A stretch of 63,916 bases of DNA, the filler included, from Octopus bimaculoides (Eukaryota): the NCBI RefSeq assembly GCF_001194135.2. It is 6 parts of 5 records of this genome, joined end to end, with 100 filler letters (N's around TTAATTAATTAA, not from the genome) between each part and the next. Parts side by side here need not be neighbours in the genome. Positions count along the whole stretch, not along the records: positions 18,268 to 31,296 come from NC_068989.1; positions 31,397 to 39,719 come from NC_068990.1; positions 39,820 to 46,095 come from NC_068991.1; 3 more parts are not named here. One strand, 5' to 3'. The position numbers were made by a program, and so were the translations under genes. Positions 27,301 to 41,072 of this stretch are shown here, in pieces. The stretch's first letter is position 1, and each line of letters starts with the position of its first letter. A model generated the notes under the pieces. The model was given only the letters and a program-made list of their open reading frames with translations. It searched no databases and was not told the origin of the DNA.

Positions 27301-27347
<47 letters not shown>

Positions 27348-27589
27348 TGTATGTATGTATATACATGCGATCTGATCAACAAGTATCCGGATTGTTGCTA
27401 TAGTAATGAAGCTAAAGCACATAGCGTGAAGCGGCTTGACAAAGACTGACCTTGAACTCTGCTGTGCACGCGCACTAAGCTTTGACTAGCTTAATTCCGC
27501 TGTTTACAGCAGTGCTTAGAAGGAACGTGTGTAGCGTGTGATCATCGCATTGACCGTGACAGAGAAAGTTGTCATGGCGATATCTGATT

Positions 27590-27950
27590 AGAGGCCTATG
27601 CGAAGTTGCAAAAAGTGTACAGAGAAGAGCGTACGAGACGAGACGTACACGAGTAGTTCAGACGTTTCCAAGATGGCCGAAAACATGTCGATAGTGACGA
27701 ACGTTCTGGGAAACCCGCAACCAACAGAACTGAGAAAAACATCTCAGATATGCGTGAAGCTGTGAGGGGAAATCGTCAAATTACCACCCGTGAGTTATCA
27801 GAGAATGTACAGATTAGTTACGGTTCAGTTCAATCCATTATCACTGAATATTTGGGTATGAGACGCGTGTCTGCCAAGTTTCTGCCAAAACTGCTTTCAG
27901 CTGATCAAAAAGACACTCAGATTTCAGTTGCACAAGATCTCCTTGATTGT
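27590..27950 (+). mobile_element. mariner transposase N-terminal relic
   Basis: FRRFQDGRKHVDSDERSGKP...NRQITTRELSENVQISYGSVQSIITEYLGMRRVSAKFLPKLLS (paired HTH region and WVP-like linker). Truncated by a SINE D fragment. Confidence 0.85.
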
Positions 27951-28164
27951 GTCGTGGGGTCAGCCTTATCACACTGTGTCACGCTGAATATCCCCGAGAA
28001 CTACGTTAAGAGTACACGTGTCTGTGGAGTGCTCAGCCATTTGCACGTTAATTTCACGAGCAGGCTGTTCCGTTGATCGGATCAACTGGAACCCTCGACG
28101 TCTTAAGCGACAGAGTGCCAACAACAACAATCTATCTATCTATCTATATATATAGTGTGCTGGG

Positions 28165-28600
28165 TTTTTTTCTTTTACACCTCTTTTGTGTAACCTCACG
28201 GGTTAAAATCACATGGAGTGAGATCTGGACTTCTTGGAGGTCATTCCATACTCCATACTTCAGGTTTTAGCTCCTGCACATAATAGGGTTTCCACGGATG
28301 AAAATTCAATTCTTTATGCAACACCGTACGTATTGTGTGTCTTATTAGTCCGCTTTCACGAGCTGCTTGACGTATTGATTTTACCTGCACTATTGCCACG
28401 TTCTCCGCTGATCGGGATGTGGTTATACGGCCACTTTTTGCATCGTTCATCAGCTTCGCATGACAAATTTTTTATTGTCTCCGGACGTAGTGTTGCATGC
28501 TTAACTTTCCATCTCTGAACCAAAACAATGGAATTCCACACTTCATAGCGTGCTGCTATCTTAGCTCGTTCCCGAACAGTCAAGCGACCGGCCATCTGGA
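28165..28600 (-). mobile_element. Internally deleted Tc1/mariner-superfamily transposase relic
   Basis: N-terminal MAGRLTVRERAKIAARYEVWNS...KSIRQAARESGL...WKPYYVQELKPE is joined directly to the C-terminal motif E*PPRSPDLTPCDF. Confidence 0.75.
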
Positions 28601-29549
28601 AAATAAGAAATAAGAAATAAGAGAATGAGAAATAAGAAGTCCCATTAAAAAATGTTTTCGTCATGACTTCAGTGATACTAAAAATTCTATTAGCAATTTC
28701 TAATGCCTAGTTACTTTCCCATACCGAGGTTACGAACAGGTCTTTTACGAAATATTTAGCGTATTTTTAAAGTCATTTTCACTTTAAAATATTTTTAAAA
28801 TATGCCAAAAAATTTTTGTCATGGCATTCACTTGAAAATGATTTTAGTGCATTGTTATACCATTTTAAACTTTTTATTCTTTACACACAATACACAATGC
28901 TTCAAGCGAACTACAATACTCTCCTATTAAAATATTATCTGTTTAAAGAAAGCTAAAATATAAATACTTACCGTAGAGATAACTTACATTTTGAAATCAC
29001 ATTCACTTAAAAATATTTCTTCTAAATGATTAAAATATAGTGTTTAAACAAAAGCGAAAATAGAAACATTTACTGTAAAAAAACAAAGATAGATAAGGAA
29101 CAAGGAAACCATATCTGGAGGAAGTAGCAGAACCGATGAGCTTCTAGGCCCTCCGAGACTGGTGAGATTGATGCCATTAATGTTCTGTCTAATGGCTGCA
29201 GTTCAACGCCTGCAGGAAAGACGTGAGGAGGGAGGAAATTCATTGAATCGATGTTCTGTGGAAGAAGGATTGGGCGTCGTGGTTGTTGTATTCCTCTCGG
29301 GGGACTTGCAGAGAAAAGACAACGAATTGTACAACTTAGTTATTACATTTATTTATTAATTATAAACAAGAACGCACTCACCGAATGTTCGTTATTAAGA
29401 AACAAGAATCATGTCCTCGCCATATATATCAATAACATTTAACTTCCAAAGTCACACAAAACAACAACGAAACAGGGAACTCAGACGAACTATATTGAAA
29501 CACAGGACCTCAGACGAACAACGAACAAATCCAACAGTCCATATAACAG

Positions 29550-30300
29550 TGGTTACTGAGGAGAAATAGTGGTTGGGTGCAAGAGGTGGAGAGACAAATG
29601 AGTCGGAGGCGCCGGAATGTTGGAGATACGAGACCAACATATTTCCGAAGAGAACAATCATTATTATGATAACTGTAGAAAAATGCAATGAGAGGAGATA
29701 ACACGCCACTGGTCAAGATGCTAAAATGTGTCCATTAGCCATGAGATTGCTAATCAGCCGAGTGGTTCGTGTCTGAAAGCTGTCCAGGATGTCAGAGCGT
29801 GTAGTCGCCACCACGGTCCTAGTTGTGGGAGCAATTTTCTATTGTATGTCGCATTTGAACCTCGTTGATGTTCAACAACTTTTGGGGACTAAATATCTTC
29901 TAGCCCCTAAATTGGAGGGCTTGCCTTTGTGATGCGGTCCTGGCTATACTAAGAATATGTTTTCCCCAGGAGAGAACCTCGTTCGTAGTGAGATCCATAT
30001 TTTAGAGCGACAGTGAGTGCTGCTCATGTTTAGACGCGGATGAGATACGGTTGTGTTTTCTTGATTCGGGTTGTGCTTCTTGAGTTTTGTTACTGTTAAC
30101 AGACTAGATTGGGATGGCCCCACTGGAGGATGTTCGCAACGTTTCCGTTTATGAAATCAATGCAGGTTTGTCATGTGTGAATGTTAGGTCGTGTCATTTG
30201 CATATAGCGGATTGAAGGGTCATCTCATCTACATAAGAGTAAGCGCTGTTGGGTTTGGTGGTGAGTAAGTCATTGATATAGAAAAGGAAGAGTTTCTGAT
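29550..30300 (-). mobile_element. CR1/Jockey-group LINE relic (RT C-terminal half)
   Basis: LFLFYINDLL...SYVDEMTL (degenerate YADD), NILQWG..NLV, KHILSIARTAS, KIFSPQ, AFFYSYHNNDCS. Confidence 0.7.
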
Positions 30301-30606
30301 AAGAAGGAACTTCATTCAACACATGCGACAACAGCGCAATCAGATAGGAAGCTACTGATCCAAGAGATGAAAGAGGAGTGACTCTTGTAGGCAGGTAAGT
30401 TTGATAGAAGATTTGCATGCAAGCCGTACTCGAAAGTTTTGATGATATCTAGCGTAACAAATTGCTTTCACCGAACCTATATAAAGCTAGTGTCATTCGA
30501 TATGGCTCTGAGGAAATCGCACTGGTCGCCACTGAGGAGAGGGAGAGGGTTAACTGCGCTCAAAAATGTAAATGTGTGTGTGTGTACACACACACACAAA
30601 CATACT

Positions 30607-30661
<55 letters not shown>

Positions 30662-31006
30662 TCCCACGCTTTTGTGACAGTCGCAATTCATAAAAAAATA
30701 TTAACATTAAAAGTTATCAACCTTTGTAGAATAATGTTGCCGCCATCAGCAACCGTCAAATTTCGACAGTAAGAAGCTTCCAGAACAATCTCGTCAAATG
30801 GAAGTCACAGATAAATTATCGTCTGCTTGTGTGAGAAGTAAAATCTAACGGAAATCAACACAGCTGAACGGAAGGCATATGTTTTTCAAGTAATGCACAT
30901 ACGCACATACACATCCACACATGCACACACTCAGATACATACATACATACATACATGCAAACATATAAACACATATATGTGTGTGCGTATATGTTAGTAT
31001 ATATAG

Positions 31007-31040
<34 letters not shown>

Positions 31041-33396
31041 ATGTGTCTGCGTGCATTTATATACGCATATATATATATGTCTATATGTATGCATGTATGT
31101 ATGTTTGTATGCATGTATGTATGTGTAGACGTGTGTAGGCATGCATATATGTGTGTGTGAGAAGGGCGTGTGTTGAAGAAGAAGAAGAAATTTGAACTCG
31201 GAATGGAAAGACGGGCAAAATACCTCTGAGCGTTTTGCCCGGCATGCTAACCATTCCGCCAGCTCGCCGCCTAGAAATAATATTCGATTTAAATCANNNN
31301 NNNNNNNNNNNNNNNNNNNNNNNNNNNNNNNNNNNNNNNNTTAATTAATTAANNNNNNNNNNNNNNNNNNNNNNNNNNNNNNNNNNNNNNNNNNNNATAT
31401 ATATATATATATATATATATACGTATATATATAAAGAGAGAGAGAGAGAGAGAGATAGACATAAATATAGATATATATATATGCATACGTATGTGTATAT
31501 GTATATATGTATTTGTGCATGTATGAGTATATGTATGTACAAATATACATATACAGATATATATATACACGCATATATATATTCATATATATATATATAT
31601 GTGCATATATATGTACACAGACATATAAATGTGTGTACATACATTGATGTATGCACGTGTCTGCGTGAGAACATTTATAACTCATGTTCTACATTTTACA
31701 TTTAAATCGATAAAAAAAAATGTACAATTTAGATGTGTGTGAAGTGATTAAGTCTTCGATTTACCGTTAATGATAGATAAAAAGAAATAAGGAACATGAA
31801 AAAAATATAGATAAAGTAAACATATTGTAAATTTTATGCATGAGAAATTTTGAACCTGTTTTGTTCCTAATCTAATCTTTTCAAAGATTTATTATAAAAT
31901 ATTACAAAATTGCTTATGCTGGTGTGTCTCTACGCACAAAAAATATTAATAATAATAATAAATAAATAAATAGATAAAAACCAAAACGAAAATAAAAAGA
32001 GGCAGTTAACAAAAAAAACGGGGGATGGGGGAAAGTTTCTAAAATAAGAGAAGGGAATGTATGAATGGAAAGTTGTAGCTAACGCAAGGCTGAAAGAATA
32101 ATGATGGCGGCCGATGCACTGAATGAGCTTAAGTTGAAAACGGCCGACATTTTGCATTTACTTTGAACAGACTGTCCTAATAAATAAACAGCAGGATAAG
32201 AGAAAAGAACATTTTAAACCATATTTTATTATGTTTGAAAAAAAAAAAATAATTGTGGGAAAATACCCTTGGCCGCCTTAGGCATGAAAATAAATAGTAA
32301 AGTATAAGTTAGAATTGTTAATGTCGTGAACCGAGAGAGGTTAAGCGATTAAATTTGCAGCCGCAAGGAAAATGTAAAATAAAACTATTATCATATCGAT
32401 TAATACTGGTCAAGTAAGTTATAGGAAACAACTCTGGAACAGAATTGGTATACACTGCATTGAAATATAATATTAATTTAATTCAAACTCCATATTTATC
32501 TTCCATGCTTCGCGTAGCCAGAATTTTTCTATAAATAATGATTAATTTTTGGTAACTGTTTTAGTATATTGAATGTGTTAATACCAGCTTTATTATTTAT
32601 CATGTTTAAAGTTGGAACTGGCACAATCGTCACCAAATCAGACAAAATGCTAAGCGGCATTTCTTCCAGGTTCTAGGTTCAAATTCTATCGTGTTCGGTT
32701 TTTCATTTCATTCCAGGTTCGATGAATGAAGTACCAGTTGAGCACTGGTGTCATTGTTATCGGCTTATCCACTTACTTAAAATTGGTGGCCGTGTTCCCG
32801 AACTTGAAACTTTTATTTGTCATGTTTATCTACTTGTTTTGGGGGGGGGGGGGTTCTTGAGATTTTATGTTCGTGGCACTAATTATAGTAATTTAAGATT
32901 CATTTTGTTACTTAATCAATGTCAGCTCTGACTGAGAAACTCAATGATCAGCATTCATTTATCATAGCCCATCACTATCCTTATGTTTTTTGGAGAAATT
33001 TATAACTAGGTGAAAAACTTTCTTCGTACCATTCAAATTTGTGACATGTACTTTCACATGGTTCACAAATAGACTGTATCCCAGATAGATTTTTCTATCC
33101 AGTCCATCCAGCGAACAAATCACATGCCCTGCGTAACAACCGAATGCGAATCACATATTCTTGTCCCAGTTTTTTTTAATATATCCAATATTGAGTCCTT
33201 CCTTCTTCATAATATTAGGGTGCTATTTGAGAGAAACTGATTAATACACTCACACATATACACATTTATACAAATATATTTGTATTTTATCAATATATGT
33301 CTATTACTTAGTCACCTGCTCACTTGCCTAATATTTCACCTACCTCTCCGTTTTCTTTCTTCTTTCTGTCACTCTCTCTCTCTCTCTGTCGTTCTC

Positions 33397-33450
<54 letters not shown>

Positions 33451-33482
33451 TATATGCCTATTATATGTAGATATATACATAC

Positions 33483-33518
<36 letters not shown>

Positions 33519-33865
33519 ATGTTTGTGTGTGTGTGTGTGTGTGTGAGTGTGTGTGTATGTATATATACAGATATATATATATATAGACATTGGCATATAT
33601 ATATATCTTTATATCTATAAATATGTGCGTATGCATACGTATATGTCTGTATATATGTGTGTGTGTGTGTGTTTGTGTGTATATATGCCTACATATATAT
33701 GTAGGTATATATACAGTGTATTCATATATGTGTGTGCGTGTATTACATACATCAGCATGTATATAAGTTTGCCCGTGTGCATATATATATATAGAGAGAG
33801 AGGGGGGAGGGAGAGAGAGTGAGAGAGAGATTGATTGATAGACAGACAGACAGACAGACAGACAG

Positions 33866-33925
<60 letters not shown>

Positions 33926-34041
33926 GACACCCCTGAGCTTTTCTTTGTATATTTCTACCATTTGGCTGTCTTTCTTTCTATCTGTCTATCTATCTATTTT
34001 TAGTATTTTTATGTAACACTATTTTGTTCTTTCTTTCTCCC

Positions 34042-34086
<45 letters not shown>

Positions 34087-35116
34087 CTCTCTTTTCGTTT
34101 CTCCCTCCTCTCTCTCCTCCTCTAAATCTCTCTCTATATTCAAGGAGATGAAGCTGGATACCTGACGTTACTCACTACCACCTCAGGCCACGCCCTCTTT
34201 ATTTTCCTTGTAGTACAGAACTTCTGTTTATCAAATTATTTTATCTGTTACATACTTTAATATCTTTAAGAAATATGAAGGTAATCATATAAATTTCAGT
34301 ACAGGCTTTAGAAAAACAGTAAATTAGATATAAAAATGTGTGAAGTCGAAAATGTAATTAAAGACATAATCAAGGTAGAGAAAATACCTGATTACATGAA
34401 AACCATAACTTAAACAACAAATTAAGTGTTTGGAACAATGCGAAGAAACTATATATAACAAAATTATACATTTTATGACAGAAATTAGATAACTTATGAC
34501 GAATATAAGGTGAAGAATGGCGAGAGCAATTGAAGATTAAAGATGGCAATGGATAGAGTTTTCGAGAATGAGAAATGAAAAGGAGAGTTTGGTGAAGAAT
34601 GTCTGAGAGAAATCACAGTTGAGGCATATGTTTCGTTGTATATTCGTATCACGTATCTACTTTGTATTCTGGTCACTATCGAACATGACACCAAGTAGAA
34701 AATGGTAGCCAGCAATGGCGTCTTGCTGTGATATATATTGTGTTGTTTGCAATTACTCGCGTTCATTCTCTCTCTCTCACTCTCTTTCCCTCTCTCTCTC
34801 TCCCATGTCTGTGTTTCTCTTCAATCCATCTCTCTCTCTCTCTCCCTCTCTCTCTCGCTCGCTCACTCTCTCTCTCTCTCTCTCTCTCTCCCTTTCTCGT
34901 CCTCTGTCTTTGTCCATTTTGGTAACGGGTAAAACAACAACATAAACACACCTCTTTGTTCATATATATACACATATGTATTAAGATTGATATGTAGATT
35001 GATAAATAGACAGCTACATACATATATATATACGTACACACACATACATACCTATATACATACATATAGACAGACATACATACGTACGTACGTACGTACG
35101 TACATACATACATACA

Positions 35117-35148
<32 letters not shown>

Positions 35149-36100
35149 ATTACGTATTCATCCAACATCCACGCGTAGTCGTATCGAAAGAAACTACACC
35201 AGAAGGAATATAGAATGATAGACTGACGCTTGTTTTATTAGTTCAGTATCTATTTACATGTCTATAGTTAGTTATATCAACTTTAATCTAAGAGAAAGAA
35301 TGCACACAAATATTTCACAATTTTGTTAGACTTCCGATTCAAGTGACATATTGCAATTATTTGAGCTGGAGTATGTTTCACGAATCCTAAAAAGCAATCA
35401 ATACGGAGTTACTTAGGGCCTTACTTCCGGCTTTAGATGATCTTTAATACTGCCAATGTTACTACAATATTATCGAGGCAGGCAGTCAATGGAAATTAAA
35501 AGATCCTGCTTGTTCACTCCAAAGAGTTGCGTTAATTTTCTGACGTTTTGGTTTTATTTAATCTTTAAGCTACAGGCTGACAGGATAAACAGTATCACAC
35601 AGTGATGCTTTCTAGTACACATGTACACATGCAGAAGCATACGTACACGCAGCTGCTGCATATATACATACATACATACATATATATANNNNNNNNNNNN
35701 NNNNNNNNNNNNNNNNNNNNNNNNNNNNNNNNNNNNNNNNNNNNNNNNNNNNNNNNNNNNNNNNNNNNNNNNNNNNNNNNNNNNNNNNNNNNNNNNNNNN
35801 NNNNNNNNNNNNNNNNNNNNNNNNNNNNNNNNNNNNNNNNNNNNNNNNNNNNNNNNNNNNNNNNNNNNNNNNNNNNNNNNNNNNNNNNNNNNNNNNNNNN
35901 NNNNNNNNNNNNNNNNNNNNNNNNNNNNNNNATATATATATATATATACATACGTATATACGTCACTACATACATAGTTACATACATACGGTGTGGGTGA
36001 GAGAGGGAACATAAAAACTGACAACCGTTCTGATTATGAAAAATCTAAATGCCTGTTTTTCATATATGTATGCATATATATATATATATATAGATAGATG

Positions 36101-36196
<96 letters not shown>

Positions 36197-36683
36197 TGTA
36201 TGTGTGTGTGTGTGTGTACACATAGATACGTATTTAGTTATACACGCATATGTATGCATTTATATATGTATGCATGTATGTGTAAGAAATGTTTTTTAAA
36301 GTTCGCATGCCGTCGGGAGAGGAATTTCCGTTATTTCGGACTATGTCCTTCTTGGGAGAGAGAAAGAAGAGTTATTCTTTGTCCTTAGTTGACGAGATTG
36401 AACATAGTAAAGAATTACATCCTAGGAATTGTAAAGAAATGGTTGCTACAATCGAGTGGGATTGAAGTGGTAAAGAGGGAAAGAAGAATTAAGAAAGAAA
36501 AAAAAGGAAACGTTTGAAGTGGAGAGAGAATAGGAACAAGAGAAGACGATTTACAGGAGACGCAGTTGGGTGAATAAAGCGAATTGCTACATTCGTTCGG
36601 TCTCTATGTGCTTTGTGTTCAAATCCTACCAAGGCCAACTTTGCCATTCATTCGATATCCTATATGGGATCGATATTTTCTCC

Positions 36684-36776
<93 letters not shown>

Positions 36777-37327
36777 TCTCTCTCTCTTTCGCATTCATTC
36801 ATTTATCTTGGTATTTTCACTGCATCACTGGTGTACCTTCAGTCGCCCCGAGACCTGAATCAGAGACGAGAAACAAAGGGCAGCATGTTTTATCTATAAA
36901 TCAAGTTCATTTGCGAAGTGCAATCAGTGAACCTGCAGATGAGACAGCACCCAAGATGCACCTAAAATTTTACAAATATCTTGATGACACCTTAGGTTCG
37001 ATCTCCACTCGATCGAAACAGCTGTGAAATCCAGCAACTCTTGAATTACTAAACGGTAACTAACAACAGCTTTCTGTCTCTCTCTGCGCATGGTTTGTCC
37101 GTCAACAGCACCATGTTCCACTTACAAGACGTCATGCACGCACACAAACTCTGTACACAAGAATCTGCTTTGCTACATGAGGGATAAGGTGAGATTTATG
37201 CAAGACGTGAGAATAACGGGGTCTATGTGCATCACCGACTGCTGAACAGATCATTCGCTAATCTCCTTAAAAATTAACCGATTCATCCAGTCTAACGACA
37301 TATGGAGTAAAGACCTCATTTAGTTGT

Positions 37328-37580
37328 GGATTGCCATGGGATTGTACCAAGAAGGTTCTCCTCTGTGGCACAAATCATGGTATGGTTGTCTGTGGAAGAC
37401 CAGTGGTAGCCCACGCATACCAGTCTCCCCTCTCCATGCCGAATGGTAAAGACCCCATTCAGTCGCGGATTGCCATGGGATTGCACCCAGAAGGTTCCCC
37501 TCCGTGGCACAAATCCTGGTAAGGTTGTGTGTGGAAGACCAGTTGTAGCCCACGCATACCAGTCTTCTCTCTCCATGCCG
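37328..37580. repeat. 139-bp-period tandem duplication in a SINE C copy
   Basis: ggattgccatgggatt... starts at 37328 and 37467. Confidence 0.9.
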
Positions 37581-39315
37581 CCGATGTTGTCCAAGGGAAA
37601 GGCAAAGGCTGATACAGATTGGCACCAGTGACGTCGCAACTCATTTCTGCAGCTGAGTGAACTGGGGCAGCATAAAATGAAGTGCCTTGCTCAAGAACAC
37701 AACACACAACCCGGTCAGGGAATTGAACTCACTACCTCATGATTGTAAGCCCGATGCTCTAACACAGACTCGTAAGAATTCGAGTTTTAAAGAATTCACT
37801 ATGAAGATATATATTACGTTACATGTATTTTAAGGGGAAATGGTGAAATTACAAACGCCATTTGGTTCATGTGTGGTGTATAGGCATCAACATAATCCTA
37901 GTGCAACTCTTCTCTTTTTATCTATGTGCACGCCCGTGTGTNNNNNNNNNNNNNNNNNNNNNNNNNNNNNNNNNNNNNNNNNNNNNNNNNNNNNNNNNNN
38001 NNNNNNNNNNNNNNNNNNNNNNNNNNNNNNNNNNNNNNNNNNNNNNNNNNNNNNNNNNNNNNNNNNNNNNNNNNNNNNNNNNNNNNNNNNNNNNNNNNNN
38101 NNNNNNNNNNNNNNNNNNNNNNNNNNNNNNNNNNNNNNNNNNNNNNNNNNNNNNNNNNNNNNNNNNNNNNNNNNNNNNNNNNNNNNNNNNNNNNNNNNNN
38201 NNNNNNNNNNNNNNNNNNNNNNNNNNNNNNNNNNNNNNNNNNNNNNNNNNNNNNNNNNNNNNNNNNNNNNNNNNNNNNNNNNNNNNNNNNNNNNNNNNNN
38301 NNNNNNNNNNNNNNNNNNNNNNNNNNNNNNNNNNNNNNNNNNNNNNNNNNNNNNNNNNNNNNNNNNNNNNNNNNNNNNNNNNNNNNNNNNNNNNNNNNNN
38401 NNNNNNNNNNNNNNNNNNNNNNNNNNNNNNNNNNNNNNNNNNNNNNNNNNNNNNNNNNNNNNNNNNNNNNNNNNNNNNNNNNNNNNNNNNNNNNNNNNNN
38501 NNNNNNNNNNNNNNNNNNNNNNNNNNNNNNNNNNNNNNNNNNNNNNNNNNNNNNNNNNNNNNNNNNNNNNNNNNNNNNNNNNNNNNNNNNNNNNNNNNNN
38601 AGTAATTTTAACTGAAGTGTTTTATACTTTCCTCTAATTAACTCGTTCATTTGAAGATTTATCTAGAAAATAACAAAGTTGTCACTTAGGACGAATTACT
38701 GATCAAAGTAATTCACATATGGTGTTATGGAGGTGATGGTGGTGGTGGTGGTGGTCGTCGTGGTGGTGGTGTTGGGGTTGCTGTTGTCGCTGTTGATGTT
38801 CTTGTTGCTACTACTGTTGTTGTTGCTGCTGCTGTTAGTGGTGGTGGTGGTGGTGATTAAAGAGGTGGTAGTAGAATTAAGTAGTGACGGTACCAGTGTA
38901 ATGGTATATGGTTGTAGTGGTAGAGGTGGTGGTGTAGTAATGCTGCTGTCGCTGCTTCTGCTGCTGCTGCTGCTACCGCTGCTACCGCTGGTGTAGTAAT
39001 GACGGTTATGTTATGGTGACGGTTGTAGTGTTTGCGTTATAGGAGTGGTGTCATTATCAGCAGTGGTGGTTGTATTTTATGTTGATGATAGTAATGATTG
39101 TAGAGGTAGTGTGGTTATGGTACTTGTGTTATGGCGGTGTTGAGGTTCTTGCTGTTGTCTTGAATATGTAATGGCTGCCATGATGATATGTTGTCAGTGG
39201 TATTAGCGATGTCTTTCGTTATTACTTCCGGTGACAGTAACTGAGATCTTATTTCTTTATGTTTCGTCATATTAATATCTCTCAATGCAAAGATTATAAT
39301 AATAATAATAATAAT

Positions 39316-39643
39316 ATGGTGATATCATATCAAGATAAACAGCGCATGATCTTGCTGGTGGGGCCCAGTTAGAATTTTCTTCAGGTCAAGTAGCCCATCC
39401 CGCTCAAAGGATCCCTGAATAAGGTTTGTTTAAGGATGTTGAGCAAAACACCTATGTTTCCAAAGGTGAATTATTCAAACCCCAAAGAACTCCTCTCAAC
39501 ACATAGCTATGATGCTCCCCCACTACTTCTGCTCATGATCAGAGATGCACATATCGTCAGCCACCAAGGGACATGCTCAACTGGTTAAGGTCAAACAACT
39601 GACAAGCAAATCTGTGGTATTAAGCAGAATATTTGCTGTAGCC
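39316..39643. mobile_element. Dispersed non-coding repeat F (copy 2)
   Basis: Matches 13066-13400; (AAT)n on the left and (ATT)n on the right. Confidence 0.75.
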
Positions 39644-39719
39644 CATTATTATTATTATTATTATTCAGTAGTTTTATTTTTATAACGTACTTTCACTTCA
39701 CTACCGAGCGCAGCTCTGT

Positions 39720-39819
39720 NNNNNNNNNNNNNNNNNNNNNNNNNNNNNNNNNNNNNNNNNNNNTTAATTAATTAANNNNNNNNNNNNNNNNNNNNNNNNN
39801 NNNNNNNNNNNNNNNNNNN
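39720..39819. other. Artificial 100-bp scaffold gap spacer (44 N + TTAATTAATTAA + 44 N); same at 18168-18267 and around 31341, 46140, 60112
   Basis: The same 12-mer, a stop in all six frames, recurs centred in N-runs five times. Confidence 0.95.
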
Positions 39820-40965
39820 CACCCATTTGCCTCCCTTGGTCATCTGCTCGTAAACCTGTGGCTTTGCAGTGGCTCTTCTTACAGATTGAGAAGGCTTATA
39901 CCCACATACTTGGTATTGTGTTTCAGGTTCACCTGTCGGCTCTGTTTCAGGTTCACCTGTCGGTTCTGTTTCAGGTTTACTTGTCGGTTCTGTTTCAGGG
40001 TTTGATTTTGAAACACAGCAACACTTGTCGTGGCTGAAAATATATCCATTTTGACAAGCTATCAGCTTCCATGAACTGCCTCTCAGTTCGTAATAATAAC
40101 GTTCATCTCTAAATGTTCTTCGTTGTATATATGAAGGTACATGCCGACAAAATTTTTGAGGGAGTTCAGGTTCGACCTTTGGTGTAACCTCCGATTCGCT
40201 TGTTGGTTTCACATAAGTACAATCACAGATAGCACTGCTGAATGTGCCGCCGGCTGCGCAAGTTTTCTTCTCCCATGCGTTATTGCTATTGATCTGAAAA
40301 TAATACTGTGGATTCGAGTCGCTTTTACGGAAATATCCATACTTGGGGTGTTTACATATTTTGGTATTTTCAGGTTCAGGCGTTGTAACAATGACACCGA
40401 TAGTGCAATAACATTTAGTTAGACTGAAGGTAGCACCATTATAGCACTTTATTCTTTCCCATGTGTTGCTGTTTGTTAGCTGTTGAAAATAATTCACATC
40501 AGTATCTCGTTTACGTGTTCTGGTATTAGCGCCTGGATATTGACATGTTTCATGGCTATTTTCAATGCAACGGCAGTGTGTCGGACTGAAAACTAATCCA
40601 CTTTTACAAGTATTCGTTCCCCATTTTCTCGTTTTTACACGTTCTTGATAATAGCTATCTTTTGGATCAGCTCTTCTGATGTAAGTCTTTGAGCCTCGAA
40701 ATATGCAAGTATTTGGTGTATTTTGACGCGTGTGTATCATGAGTAGTGTTGGAATACATGCACAATAGCGGTCACTGAAAACTCTGCCAAACATGCAACT
40801 ACGTCGAATCCAAATATAGTCCCAAATTGGTTCATAATAGATCGATTTACTTCGTCCAGGCACTAGAGCACAAGTTAAATTCGAGCTTGTTTGAATTTGT
40901 TTGCCATCAATCTCTTCAAGCAAAAAAATAACAGCAACAGTGACTAAATATACTACAGATTTCAT
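39820..40965 (-). CDS. Secreted protein with tandem Cys-rich, CBM14/peritrophin-A-like (putative chitin-binding) modules; 3' end lost in assembly gap
   Basis: 382 uninterrupted codons from ATG at 40965 to the N-gap. Signal peptide MKSVVYLVTVAVIFLLEEIDG. Five complete modules (C32-C70, C87-C133, C141-C187, C204-C249, C273-C317) share W-x4-C-x2-G-x2-F-S-x3-C-x-C, and a sixth starts at C354. Pro/Thr/Glu-rich linkers; one sequon (N29-L-T). The gene call is strong, the function is inferred. Confidence 0.85.
39919..39999 (-). repeat. 24-nt in-frame coding minisatellite (PETEPTSK/PETEPTGE x3.4)
   Basis: Near-identical tgtttcaggttcacctgtcggttc units on the + strand. Confidence 0.9.
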
Positions 40966-41072
40966 ATTGGATGTGTTGTTTTGCTATGCATAGAGAGACA
41001 AATTGAAATACAAGAGCAGTCGTCAACTCGGTAAGCAATCCGGTAAGTATTAAGCGGCGCACATGACGTAAG

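Noticed and set aside
39764-39775. TTAATTAATTAA as the stop of the module gene or as a recurring motif
   Set aside because: It is an artificial spacer centred in 44+44 N and repeated five times. The ORF end at 39772 is not real.
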